From the NCBI RefSeq assembly GCF_004010195.1, contig NC_057728.1, forward strand, positions 40,858,376 through 40,921,046: DNA of 62,671 nt. The letters are read 5' to 3'. The translations under genes and the position numbers were made by a program. The notes under the pieces are model-generated. The model was given only the letters and a program-made list of their open reading frames with translations. It made no database searches and had not been told where the DNA came from. Positions 25,270 to 37,807 of the stretch are shown here, piece by piece; position 1 is the first letter of the stretch, and each line of letters begins with the position of its first letter. The DNA comes from Chiloscyllium plagiosum. Lineage: Eukaryota.

Positions 25270-26220
25270 TGGACCATAAAACATAGGAGCAGAAATCGGA
25301 CCATTCAGCTCATCAAGTCTGCTGTGCCATTTCAATCATGGCTGATGAGTTTCTCAACCTCATTCTCCCTCTTTCTCCCCATAACCCTTGATCCCGTGGC
25401 AACCGAGAACCTATCTCCGTCTTAAATACATTCAATGACCTGGCCTCCACAGCCTTCTGTGGCAGTGAATTCCATAAATTCTCCACTCTCGCTGAAGAAG
25501 TTTCTCCTCCTCTCCATTTTAAGAGGTCTTCCCTTTACTCTAAGGCTGTGCCCTTGAGTCCTAGTCTCTACTACCAGTGGAAATATTTTCTCAACATCCA
25601 CTCTGTCCAGGTCATTCCGTATTTAGGAGAGCGTGAGGACTGCAGATGCTGGAGATCAGAGTTGAAAAGTGTGGTACTGGAAAACACAGCAGGTCAGGCA
25701 GTATCTGAGGAGCAGGAGAATTGACATTTCAGGCAGATGCCCTTCATCAGGAATCTGTTTAATATACTGTATGTTTCAATCAGATCCCCCCCGCCCCGCC
25801 CCCCCAATTCTTCTCAACTCCATTGAGTATAGACCCAGAATCCTCGTATGTTAAGCTTTTCATTCCAGGGCTGGTGCATCCTTCCTGAGATATAGAGCCC
25901 AAAACAGTGCACAATTCTTTAAATGCTGTCTGACCAGCGCCTTTTAGAACCTTTGAAGTACATCCCTGCTTTTATATTCAAGTCCTCTCAAAATAACTGC
26001 CAACATTTCATTTGCCTTCCTAACTATTGACTCAACCTGCAAGTTTACTTTGAGAGAATCCTGGACTAGAGCTCTCAAGTCTCTTTGCACTTCAGACTTC
26101 TGAATTTTGGCTTCATTTTGAAAATATTCCATGCCTCTATTCTTCTTACCAAAGTGCATGACCTTACACTTTCCCATATTGTACTCCATCTGCCACTTTA
26201 CCTACTCTCCTGACCTGCCG
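25270..26220 (-). mobile_element. CR1 3' region containing a family A PLE-terminus insertion (25626-25755)
   Basis: ORF 25944-26189 (KCKVMHFG..QRDL..) and a CR1 tail. The insert matches the family A tail and arm up to cccttcatcagg. Confidence 0.8.
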
Positions 26221-26844
26221 TATGTTTATATTTAAGTAGAGGGTTGGGTTTGTACATGCCATAAACATTAGTAGGGTCCACTGGGGCTACATTACCTTTT
26301 TTTATTCTCTCTGCTATCTATTATATGTAATATTATGACCAGCTTAGTTTACTTTTGATAACTAACTTTGTGAAGTTTAAAAGTATTGTCCACAAAATAA
26401 TGACAGAAAGTGAATATTTTATCTCCCATAGTCTTGAAATTCTTTAAAGTACTGGAGACTTGCTCATTCATTTGTTTTCATCACTGACTTGGTGGGGCTG
26501 CTGCTCTAATCTTGCTGCTTCTCTGGCCTTTTTCAAGTTTCCAACTGTCAAATGTTGACAACACATCTGGTTTTCCTCCTTCTGTTTATACCTTCACTAC
26601 TTCTGTTCAGTTGTCTGGACAAGGCTGGAACTTGTGTGCCTACTATCAGTCACTATGTAACTGAACTTAGAACCACTCCTGATTTTTGACCTTCTGCTTT
26701 TGATTTGCACATTGGCCTTTCTGTCCATTTCGGTTGATTCTGAGCATCCTCTGCCAGACTGACCTTTCCACATTCGGAGGTCATCTCTCCTGTGTTATAA
26801 TGAGCACAGAATTGTTGAGAATCCTATGACATTCATGTTGCTTA

Positions 26845-27048
26845 TGATGTGGAGGTGCCGGGGTTGGATTGGGATGGACAAAATCAGAAGTCACATGGCA
26901 CCAAGTTAAGAAACCACAGGTTTATTTGAAATCAGAAGCTTTTGGAGTGCTTCTCCTTCATCAACTGATGAAGCAACAGCACTCTGAAAATTTGTGATTT
27001 CAAATAAACCTGTTGGACTATAACCTAGTGTTGTGTGATTTCTGACTT
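26845..27048. mobile_element. Older family B palindromic element
   Basis: Tail on the left; diverged inverted arms meet at cttcatca|actgatgaag. Confidence 0.75.
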
Positions 27049-28581
27049 TATGAATATCTTAGAATACAGTGTGTTCAGTTGCAATAGGAGGTGTAATTTT
27101 TTTTTAAGACTTTTTAAAATAAATAAAATCAGGTCATGTAACTTCTTGAAAATATCAAAGAACCCTTGCAAATTCTTTTGATATGAGGCTCTGAGTCACT
27201 TAGTGTTTTACTGAAACAGTGTTTTGTGTGGGATTTCCAAACCAATTGTTTTTTTTTTGGTGCTGCTAAATAAGATGGTGGGTGTGGAAAGACTGAAAAG
27301 TTTGCTGATTACAGCCATGATTGGTAGCTACTCTACATCATGTTCGAAGCTATTCGTGAGCAACAACATATACGTCAACATTGGACTCTCGACCATTCTG
27401 TTCTGCTGTGCTCATGACAACGTGCAAGAGTTGCAGCCTGAAGAAAGTGAATGGTGGGGGGAGGACATCAACTTTGCAAATGTGGTCGGGCAGAGAATGC
27501 TCACAATTAGCCATATGCGCAGCAAGATTTGTTGAGAGGAGAACTTGGAAATAAATAGGAAAACTTACTATCTCGAGACACACAAACATATTTTACGTAA
27601 ACTAAGAAAATGGATGTTTGTATGTACTGCAGAAATATACACACAAACATTTATTACACTCATGAAGCAAACATCAATAACTAATTATTTGCATGTGATA
27701 GGAGAATTTTTTTTTAGTTTCTATCCAATTAAGACATGGAGTGTTTATGGGAACGATGAAATATATAGATGGTCAATACTAATCTAATTCATGCTGCTAC
27801 ATTACTAATATCATTGCAATAGTACTTGATGTCACAAAAATGTAAGTAAGTATTTTGAACATTGATGTTTTTATTCAGCATCTGTTTCTAAACTTGTAGT
27901 AAATCTTGTCAAGATGACCTCCTTGCTTGATATCTGTTGAATGTGGTTGAAGAAAACTAACTTGTTCTTTTTAAAGAAAATATTACATCAATGGAAGCAT
28001 CAAGGATTTAGAGAAGACTTTGTGTACCATTTTTTAAAAAAAAATTGAGATATGGCCATTAATGGTTAGGCCCATATTTATTGTCCATTCCTAATTGCCC
28101 ATGCTTTTTAGAATTGCTTCTGTCTGTGTGATATCATCTCACATGAGAGCGTTCCAGGGATCTGATCCAGTTATCATGAATGAATGATGGCATAGTTCCA
28201 ACTTGGAACTGTGTATCGCCTGGAGGAGAATATGCAGGTGGTGCTGCTCCAATCCCTTCCAGGTTGTAGAGATTGTTTGTTTGGACGATGCTTTTTAAGG
28301 ACCTTCAGTGAGCTGTTGCAGTGCATGTGTATACATTGCTCCCACTGTGAATAGGTGGTGAAGGGAATGGATTTTGGAGGTGCTACATGGAGTTGCCTTC
28401 TCCCTGTGACGTGTTATTGGAGTTGCACTTGTCCAGGCTAGTGGAGAGCACTCTCACTCTTGACTTGTCGTCTTCTAGTTGGTGGATAGGCTTTCGGGAG
28501 TTGGGAGATGAGTGACTCACTGAAGAATTTCTAGCATCTTGAGTACAAATTATAAACATTAACAGCACAGAAAGAGTATAT

Positions 28582-29350
28582 GAGTCAAAGAGTGTGGTGG
28601 TGGAAAAGCACAGCTGGTGAGGCAGTATCTGAGGAGCAGGAGAATCGATGTTTCAGGCATAAGCCCTTCATCAGGAATGAGGCTTGTGGGCCAAGGGGGC
28701 TGAGAGATAAATGGTGGAGGGGAAGATAACTGGGAAACTGATAGGTGGAGCTGAAAATGATAAGTCAGAGTGGAGGGTGGAGCAGATAGGTGTGAAGGAA
28801 GATAGACAGTTAGGACCTTTCAAGAGGGTGGTGCCAAGTTGGAAGGTTGGGACTGGGATAAGGTGGGGTGAGGGGAAACTGGTGAAATCTGCACTGGATT
28901 TCACATTGGTGGGGTCTGTTTGTCGGTGGTGGAAATGGCAGACCCACCACCAGAGATATATTTCTCTCCCCACCCCTATCTGTGTTTCAGAGAGACTATT
29001 CCCTCTGCAACTCTCTTATCAGGTCCAGGCCCAGTCCCAACCTTGCAACTCAGCACTGCCCTCTTGATGGTCCTAACTGTCCATCTTCCTTCCCACCTAT
29101 CTGCTCCACCCTCCTCTCCAACCTCGCACTTTTAGTCCCACCTTCAGCAACCTATTACTTTTTCTCAGCTACCTTCCACCCCCTCCCATTTACCTCACAG
29201 CCCCCTTGCTCCACAAACCTCATTTGTGACGAAGGGCTTATGCCTGAAACGTCGATTCTCCAGCTCCTCTGATGCTGCCTGCCTGTTGTGCTTTTCCACC
29301 ACCACACTCTCTACTCTGATTTCCAGCATCTGCAGTTCTCACTTTCTCCT
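28582..29350. mobile_element. Family A Penelope derivative with long inverted pLTR arms and an internal ORF relic
   Basis: Arms ~28582-28850 and ~29040-29317 are reverse complements; tail extends to 29350. The middle matches the PLE QTDPTT.DIFPSPP.S.FR.D.S region. Flanking repeat gagtatatg on both sides. Confidence 0.8.
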
Positions 29351-30869
29351 GGAAGGAGTATATGTCACCGATCATGCCACTTGAAAAAGCGCTACCCTGG
29401 CCTAATCTTATTTTGTAACTCTTGGTCTTCAGCCTTTTAGATTATCTCTTATCAAGTGAATTCCTTTTCAAATGTATGGAGGTTCTTGCCTCTGTCATCC
29501 AGTCAATTATTTTTAAATGCTCATCAGAGATTTTCTCCTTAATTCCCCCCTAATTCTTGTACCAATTACTTTAAATCTATGAAACTTGTTATTGACTGCT
29601 TTGCCAAGGTAACTCCTGTGGATCCTTTATATCCACTCTTATTCTGGGCCCACATAATTTTACATCACTCGTTTCAAACACTCCTCATCCAGCACTGTTC
29701 CAAAGAACACCACCTATCCAACTTTTCTTCATCGCTAAAATTCTCCAATCTCTCTGTACCCTCTTTAATAATCTTTCATTTCACCTGACAACTAGAACAC
29801 TCTGCAATACCTCTTGCAAATCTACATCTGTCTTCCTGTGTCAATCATTAGGCAAACTTGTATATCATCTGCAAACTTCTTAATATTCCCTGTGCACTTA
29901 AATGATATGTGAAATCCAATAGGAAACAGCCTTCCAGTCATGAAAACACACACCAGCACTTATCTTGTGCCTTTTGCCAAACCCAGTTTTGATCCAATTT
30001 TAATCATTGCCTTGGATCCTATGGCAAAGTCAACTGAGTGGGACTTTATACTAAAATCCATGTGGACAACACCAAATGTACTACTATCATCAAATCTCCT
30101 TGATACTTCAAGAAACCTCAATCAAGTTCATCAGATCAGTACGCGGTAGGAAGTCAGCTGAATCTGGGTAGGGGAGGATTGCTTGTAATTGACCAATTTG
30201 TCGAGTTTCACAAGACTTAGTGTTTTTAATTCGATCGTAATCTTTTATATAATTTTGGTAGGTAATTTAATTCATATAGTAAAAAGCAGTAGGAGCATAC
30301 TGGATCATTGCGAGTTTTTTAATGACATTTTCTACACATACTGGCATCTATGCAATGTAATGAAGTATGTGCTAATTAATCTCCTTTCCCTGCCTAATTC
30401 AGTCTGACTCTCAAATAGCCATATTCTACAAAAAAATCCATTGGTGATTGGAAAAATAATGCTGCTGGTTTGCAGTCAATAGGCAGAATCACAAAATGCA
30501 ATGAAAACAGGGATCTGCAAAGAGGAAGAAAGGGATGGATATAAATATGTAACATCTATTTGTTTTAGATCTAGGTTTGCAATTTAAGTCATGTGGCGCT
30601 TGAGTAAATTATGAGAATTGTTGTTAATTTCTTAGACACTACCTGTAATTTGGTGGAAATCCATCTTCTCCCATTTCCCAAGCACGTTCTCTTTGCTGAG
30701 CCACTGTGACTGATTTTAAGGCTAGTTTTCTTGAAACTCATTTGAGTCGTTGTTTAAAGTAGGCAATAAATTGGTTCAAGATCTGTCGCTGCTCAATCTC
30801 CTGTTGAACCAATCCCTCCCTTGACTCCTTTCGGGTATGACAGATTTTCCACAGATAGTTGATACTTCT

Positions 30870-31380
30870 TGCGGCTCTTCATCAGTCCCTCTGGATTGAT
30901 GATGATTTGCTTTACTCTGGTTTGATCGGTTCTGAAATGGCTGGCCAGTCCATTGTGGATTCTGCCCATATATGGGACTTGAGGGTTTGAGGGTTCAAGC
31001 TGGTGATTCATTGGAAGGTTTGTGCACTCTCTGCAATGTCTCAACTTTGCCTCTGCAATACTCCTGATGATCTCTGTCTCGATTTGGTACCCTCCTGCAT
31101 AAACCTTCTGCATTTTGGGTTGATAACAAGTCAGGAACTCCTGTGCATTAGTGGGAATGTGAATATGTCATAAGATACTTTGAAGAAGTCTCTATAGTAT
31201 TTCTGTCCTCCTGGGAGTCTCTGGTTGTAATAATAGAGCTGTTGCATTTGGAATTTGGTATTGGAGATAGAAATAACATTCTGATCCACGCTGCTGAATT
31301 GGAATGATGAGCACCTTGATGCTGTACGTGTTAGCGTGGAAGTGAACACTGCTGCTAATCTCCAGCTCTCATTCAAGGTG
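30870..31380 (-). mobile_element. RTE-clade LINE 3' remnant
   Basis: QQLYY..RLPGGQKYYRDFFK and terminal zinc-finger-like GLASHFRT motifs typical of RTE/BovB-type ORF ends. Confidence 0.6.
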
Positions 31381-32252
31381 ATAACTGTGGCTGCCTTGCC
31401 CTAAGGTTTTTTTTGTTTTAGGACTAAATAGATGTTTCACATTTTATTTGTACCTTATTGCACTCAATGATATTTACAAATGAAACAGAATAGCCTATTG
31501 CTGTTCCCCCCCCCACCCCCCACCCTGCTTCTGCTTTGTTTGCTACAATGGGTATTAATAGAAGCTAAAACGCTGACCTCTGACCATTTCGGTATTTTTG
31601 GCAGTCTACAGGTGCTGTGACTTATTACCTATGTTGATCATCAAATGCAGCACAGATTAAGAATAAAAGCTGACATCTATTTTATGGTTTATACACTTGA
31701 CAAGCAAAAGAAAAAATTGCAGGTATATAATGTCTTTTGGAACCTTGGGATGTCTTAAAGCACTTTGCAGCCAATGGAGTACTTCTCATGAATGATTACT
31801 ATTGGTTACTGCTAAGACTGTTGGCAGCATGGGAGAGAGTTAATGTCGACAAGCATTCCCAGTTATTGGCAATGAGTATTCTAGTCCATTTAAACTTCAT
31901 GTTGCAAATCTTTCTAGTTAATAACTTGTTCTGGTCTCCACTATTACCAAAATGATGTGCTGAAACTTATGAAGGAGAAAATATGTCCAAAGGGTACAGC
32001 AGTCAGAAAAGACCACAGGCTGGACCTGTATATTCTAGGAAAGATAAGACTGAGGATGATCTTGAAAATTATGCAGGAGTTTGATGCAATAGATATGGAG
32101 GAATTACTTCCATTTATGAGTGCAAAATGAGCTCATAACTGTAAAAATCACTTTAATCCAGTAAGTTCAGGATAAATGTTTATTTCGCAAAGTGGATCAA
32201 CTGTGTCACTTGCTGGAAAATAGCACAGGTACTTTTAAGAGGCTAGGAATAT

Positions 32253-32670
32253 TACATAGAACATTACAGTACAGTAGAGGCCCTCTGCCCTCGATGGTTC
32301 CACAGGTTGGTGCAACAATCTGAAGCCTATCTAACCTACATTATTCCATTTTCATCCATACGTTTATCCAATGACCATTTAAATGCCCTTAAAGTTGGTG
32401 AGTCTACTACAGTTACAGGCAGGGCGTTCCACACCTGTACTACTCTGGGTAAAGAAACTGCCTCTGATGTAGAGGGATATGGGCCAAGGGCTGGCAAATG
32501 GGACTAAATTAGGTTGGGATATCTGGTCAGCATGGACGAGTTGGACCTAATGGTCTGTTTCCATGCTGGATATCTCAATAACTCTATCTGTCCTATATCT
32601 ATCACCCCTCAATTTAAAGCTATGTTCCCTCCTGCTCACCATCACTGTCCACCCGATCCAACCCTCTGAT
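32253..32670 (-). mobile_element. CR1 3' fragment with an oppositely oriented ~115-nt CR1 tail (32470-32585) nested in it
   Basis: The two parts are homologous to 4940-5093 and 8890-9003 respectively. Confidence 0.7.
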
Positions 32671-33854
32671 GGAAAAGAATTGATGAATATTGTTAACTGT
32701 TTGCCATTTTGTTGTATTTCTTATATGAATGATATATCTTAGAACAGTGCTGAGATTAAACTAATTTCAAATCTATAACAGCTTTATTTTATCAACATGT
32801 GAGCTCAGTTCAAGGGCAAATCGTAAACTCATAGTTGTATTTAAATATCTCTCTCTATCTTGTCTTTCAATTTAGTAGTAACTTCCGTAAGCCATTCAGT
32901 GTTGATAGTTTTTCTTTTCTTCTTTTGCCTTTAAAGCTTCCCTTTAGTCCTTGCTGTTTCCTCCTAAGATATGCCCTCCCCAGCCTCTCTTCTTTTTTCC
33001 AATTACATTCCTGTTAGAAACAAAATTCAATAAAATTTAGACGAGACCACCAAAGCTGGAAACAAGACAATTTATTCTACGATCTCACAAGAAAGGACCC
33101 CAATTGGAAAAAGCAATTGAAGTGATGATTATTCAAACTACTACACAGTTATACTTTTGAGCTGCATGAGGTCACCTCTCCCGACTCCTGCATTACCCAA
33201 TCTCTCTTAGTATTTTGACTCTGCCCATCTATGCTCCACACCCATTGCCCCCTTCCCCAGGTTGGCAACCTTCCTCTCTGTAAGTGTTGACACACACATT
33301 ATTTTGTCGACAGTACATCAAGATCTGTTTTAACATTTTGTATCAATTCTGCTGGTACATTCTATCCTTGGACATTTCATTAACTTGTATCATTTTGTAT
33401 AGCCCAAGCATTTCGGTTATCTCAGCTTTTTGCTGAAAACATAATTTTTAAAAAGAACTTATTTGCTATAATAATTACACACCAAAGTTAGTATTTAATT
33501 AGCCACAATTATACACTGAAAAGTAGAGATACTCTTCCCTAAATACCTGCACCCCTTTTCTGTATGTTCTCTTGCTGTACCCCTTTTCTGTATGCTTTTT
33601 CTATATCTGCAAAAACAACACTTTTCCCCATTTCTAACATTCCTAATTATGTTCAGAAAATGTCTTTGCTCATTCACTCTCCTTAGCACTTCACGATTAC
33701 TTTCCAGCTAAATATTTCCTTTTCTTTCAAACCTTTTCAACAAGTTGATCTCCATCTGTAAGGTCCAAGTCTCATACAAATAGAAACTCCCAATCAAACT
33801 ATTTCCAAGTCACTCCTTTAAATTGCTTATTCAGTTTTTTTTTTGTTTCACAAC

Positions 33855-34205
33855 AGGGGAGGTGATGACCTAGTGGTATTATCACTGGACTGTTAATCCA
33901 GAAACCCAGATGTTATTATGGGCTATAGTGTTTGAATCTCCCCATGGCAGATGATGGAATTTGAATTCAATGAACACTCTGGAACTCAGAATCTAATTAT
34001 TACCATGAATCCACTGATTCATAAAACCCCATTTGGTTCCCTCAATTTCTTTACGGAAGGAAATCTGACATCCTTATCAGGTCTGAACTACATGTGACTC
34101 CAGACCTACAGCAATGTGATTGACTCTTAACAATTGCTCTTTGGGATGGACAGTAAATGCTAGTCTGGTAAACAATGCCCTCCATCCCACAAATAAGTAA
34201 ATAAA
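33855..34205 (+). mobile_element. tRNA-derived SINE (second family); further copies at ~35092-35422 and ~41620-41870
   Basis: A/B-box-like head (tgacctagtggta ... gtttgaatc) and a shared core ggaaatctg.catcctta..ggtctg..ctacatgtgactccagac..acagcaatgtg.ttgactcttaa. Confidence 0.7.
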
Positions 34206-34425
34206 GTCTCTGCTTGCTGTCCTTTTTTGTGTATCATCCATCTGCATATTATTCCTGGCTAAATAGCAGCTACATCTAGTTTTCTTCCATTAAATTTTCT
34301 TGTTGATTGCCAAAATTCATGTCTACAGTTTCTTGTAATACTTCTTTTCTGGTTGCTGTGAATGCTTTGTAAGCAAACTAATATTATCCGTCTCTCCCCA
34401 TCCCACCAATTTTGTTTGCCATACT

Positions 34426-34888
34426 TTAAAATATCTTGGAATCTACAGGAATTTTGACACATCATCTTTACTCAGGTCTTCTCTAGAATGTTCTGTTTAG
34501 AATTAACTCTCTAGCTCCACTCTCAGACTTAAATAAAGTTAAAAATCACACCACACCAGGTTATAGTCCAACAGGTTTATTTGGAAGCACTAGCTTTTGG
34601 AGCGCTGCTCCTTCATCAGGTGGTTGTGGAGAATGAGCAGCGCTCCAAAAGCTAGTGCTTCCATAGACCTGTTGGACTATAACCCGGTGTTGTGTGATTT
34701 TTAACTTTGTACACCCCAGTCGTGTTGTGTGATTTTTAACTTTGTACACCCCAGTCCAACACCGGCATCTCCGAATCATTAAAATATCTTGGAACCTCCA
34801 GGAATTTTGACAAATCATCTTTACTCAGGTCTTCTCAAGAATGTTCTGTTTAGAATTAGCTCTCTCGCTCCACTCACAGGCTTAAATA
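34426..34888 (+). repeat. 110-bp direct repeat flanking the family B element (34426-34535 / 34779-34888)
   Basis: Gapless alignment by eye with about 8 mismatches. Confidence 0.9.
34536..34778. mobile_element. Family B palindromic element with an internal 35-bp tandem duplication
   Basis: Inverted arms plus tail. gtgttgtgtgatttttaactttgtacaccccagtc is repeated at 34687-34721 and 34722-34756. Confidence 0.85.
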
Positions 34889-34922
34889 TTCAAGCATAAT
34901 GACCAAGGATCAGTAACCAGGC

Positions 34923-35048
34923 AAAAGTGAGGACTGCAGATGCTGGAAACCAGAGTTTAGATCAGAGTGATGCTGGAAAAGCATAACAGGTCAGGCAGCA
35001 ACCGAGGAGCAGGAAAATCGACGTTTTGGGCAAAAACCCTTCATCAGG
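34923..35048 (-). mobile_element. Single-arm family A PLE terminus
   Basis: Tail plus arm ending at cccttcatcagg. TSD aggatcagtaacc(a/g)ggc at 34906-34922 / 35046-35062. Confidence 0.8.
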
Positions 35049-35892
35049 ATCAGTAACCGGGCTATCATCAGTCCCATGTCAATCAAACAATGGGGGGATG
35101 CAGTGTGGTAGTGATAGTATCACTTGACTAGTAATCCAGGACCCCAGGTTAATCTTCTGAGAATAGCGGTTTGAATTCTACTTTGGCAGATGATATGTGA
35201 ATTCAAGAGCAATCTGGAATAAAATGGTGATCATGTAACTGCTGTTGATAGTCGTAAAGATTCACCTCATTCATGAATATCATTTTGGAATGAAATCTAC
35301 CATCTTTACCTGGTTTGATCTACGTGGAGCTCAAGATCCACAGCAATGTGGTTGACTCTTAACTGTCCTCTGGACAATAAATGCTGGCCCTGCCACTGAC
35401 ACTCACGTCCTGCGGATGAATAATTTACAGAAATCATATATATCAAGTAATTCCTTGTCTGTTTTTTCTAATTACAGAAATAATCTTTGTCTTTTAAATC
35501 TGTGATTAGATCGACAGATTTGTTGAGGCTCTTTGTGATCACGTTGAAGAAGCAGGTGATCACTATCAATCCAAGGGAAAGAACATGTGCCTGCTTACTA
35601 TCTAACCTATTGTGATCTACTTGATATTGGCATCTAACAGATAACCCTGGTTGTCAGGGAACATCTTGATGGGTTACAGGTTGATATGTTGTTCACTTTC
35701 TTCAATATGTGAAGAATATAGTTTGAATTGCAATTCCCAATGCATCTGTTGTGAAGTGGGTTTAAATGCACAAGGACTAGCAGAGATATTGGCTTCACTT
35801 TTAGATGTTGTAAATATTGTTTACTGTGTCATTTTCCTCCTCCCATTCTAAATGTTTGAGCAGTAGTTTCTAATGAGGCTTTGTATTCTTGG

Positions 35893-35999
35893 AGAAAGTG
35901 AAGACTGCAGATGCTGGAGATCAGAGTCGAGAATCGACATTGATGCTCCTGCTCCTCTGCTGCCTGACCTGATGTGCTTTTCTAGCACCACACCGCGAT
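35893..35999. mobile_element. Collapsed family A element
   Basis: Tail plus remnants of both arms. TSD tttgtattcttgg at 35880-35892 / 36000-36012. Confidence 0.75.
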
Positions 36000-36456
36000 T
36001 TTGTATTCTTGGGCGTGGATTTGCGATCAAGTTGGTAGTAACAAGGAATTATGCCAACATTCCCATGCTGGACGTGCACGAATGGCTTTGATGTTGTCAT
36101 GTGTAGGCTTAACTCCAAGTGCTGTTGCTGTGTATCTGAACAGTTCAATCTTGGGTGCTGAAAATATGCATTTTCCTTTTGCAAACGTGTGTTTTTGCAA
36201 ATTAAGTGAGCTCTGCTGAAAAGTGTTCCTTTTTGCCCCATTGATAGATGATGATATCAACTAGGTTGAGCATTCCCTCAACATCTAACAAAACCTTGGG
36301 AATTATTTTCTGGGATACGCTAGGTACTGAATTTATTTTCAATAGCGCTTCATCAATTTTGCTATTCTGGAGGCATCCAGTTTTGTTCCAGCATTGTGGG
36401 AAGTGGATATTCAACAGGAACAATAACATCATTGGCTGCCATGATACATACCCTTT

Positions 36457-36786
36457 TTACATTACATTACATTACGGTGTGAAAACAGGCCCTTCGGCCC
36501 AACAAGTCCACACCGACCCGCCGAAGCGCAACCCACCCAATACCCCTACATTTACTCCTTACCTAACACTACGGGCAATTTAGCATGGTCAATTCACCTG
36601 ACCTGCACATCTTTGGATTGTGGGAGGAAACCGGAGCACCCGGAGGAAACCCACGCAGACACGGGGAGAATGTGCAAACTCCACACAGTCAGTCGCCTGA
36701 GGCGGGAATTGAACCCGGGTCTCTGGCGCTGTGAGACAGCAGTGCTAGCCACCGTGCCGTCCATGGCCACTGTGCCACCGTGACCC
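36457..36786 (-). mobile_element. Young full-length HE1/V-SINE, abutting a family B arm fragment (36787-36868)
   Basis: A box TGGCACAGTGG (locally duplicated), B box GGTTCAATTCC (~36705-36715), CpGs retained, V domain, (tgtaa)n tail. Confidence 0.9.
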
Positions 36787-37176
36787 TTGATAAGGAGCAG
36801 CGCTCCAAAAGCTTGTACTTTAAAATACACCTGTTGGACGATAATCTGGTGTTGTGATTTTTAACTTTATCATTGTACGATGACAAGGTTAATATCTACA
36901 ATGATGAATTAGTTCATCAATAATGCAATCTCTTGTAGTTGCTTTAATTCCTGTGACACTTCAGCATGAACTGCAAATGGCAACTATCTCAAATTTTGTA
37001 AACCTGGTAGAATTAATGCGTATGGAGCATGTCAGTACCATTTAATCTGGTACATAAGGAAGAGAAGCCCATATCACTGATCATATTATGAAGATGTGGG
37101 TGTTCTGTAACTTTTTGGGAGAGTTAAAAGCTAGCAGAACTACCTGACAGCACCAAGTGTTCTGAACAAGATATAA

Positions 37177-37807
37177 TGTAATGTGTGGTCCAGCAGCTAG
37201 GGTAGCTGGTTGCCTGCAGTCAAAAAAAAATTGAACAAGGCCAATCAGTTTAAATTATACCATCAAAACAAACAAACTCCAAACAAGTTTGAATTTAGTA
37301 TATTAACAATATTAAAAGCCAACGATACAATCCAGTGCTTTGGGGTTATAAGACAGGGGAAAAAAATTGAACAGTTGGGGGATAACTGCCAAAAGGCTAA
37401 CAGAGGCAGGCTACTAGTCAGAACTCACTGAGAGGTACCTGTCTAGAGAAGGAATTTGCACAGAGGAAAGACGTCAACAACGACCTGGAGAGCAAGTCTA
37501 CAGAGGAAGATGTAATGAGAAAATTTGACTGCTGCCTGGTTTCGAAATTGGAATTTTTCAGTAAATCTTAATTGGGGGGTTTTATCAGACTAGTATTTAT
37601 TAGAAGGGATGAAAAAAGATAGATTAGAGGAAGGAGTTGTAAATAGTTGTTAGTTAATTATTCTGTTATATTTTAAGAAATAAAGTTGTTAATTTTTTGC
37701 TTTAAATAGTTCTTGGCCTCTCAGATTTTCACAGATTATTGAATGGGATAAATCTTTTCTGTGTTGCTGGTTTAAATTAAGCAGGAGGGTTTACCCGTGT
37801 CATAACA
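37177..37807 (+). mobile_element. Probable solo LTR
   Basis: TGTAA...TAACA termini, ~630 bp, internal AATAAA near 37679, flanks ataa/atat (imperfect 4-bp TSD). Confidence 0.45.

Noticed and set aside
33012..33441. Possible solo LTR (TGTTAG...AAACA)
   Set aside because: No matching TSD and no second copy in the window; insufficient support.
36700..36786. tRNA gene suggested by A/B boxes
   Set aside because: It is the tRNA-derived head of an HE1 SINE, followed by the V domain and a LINE-derived tail.
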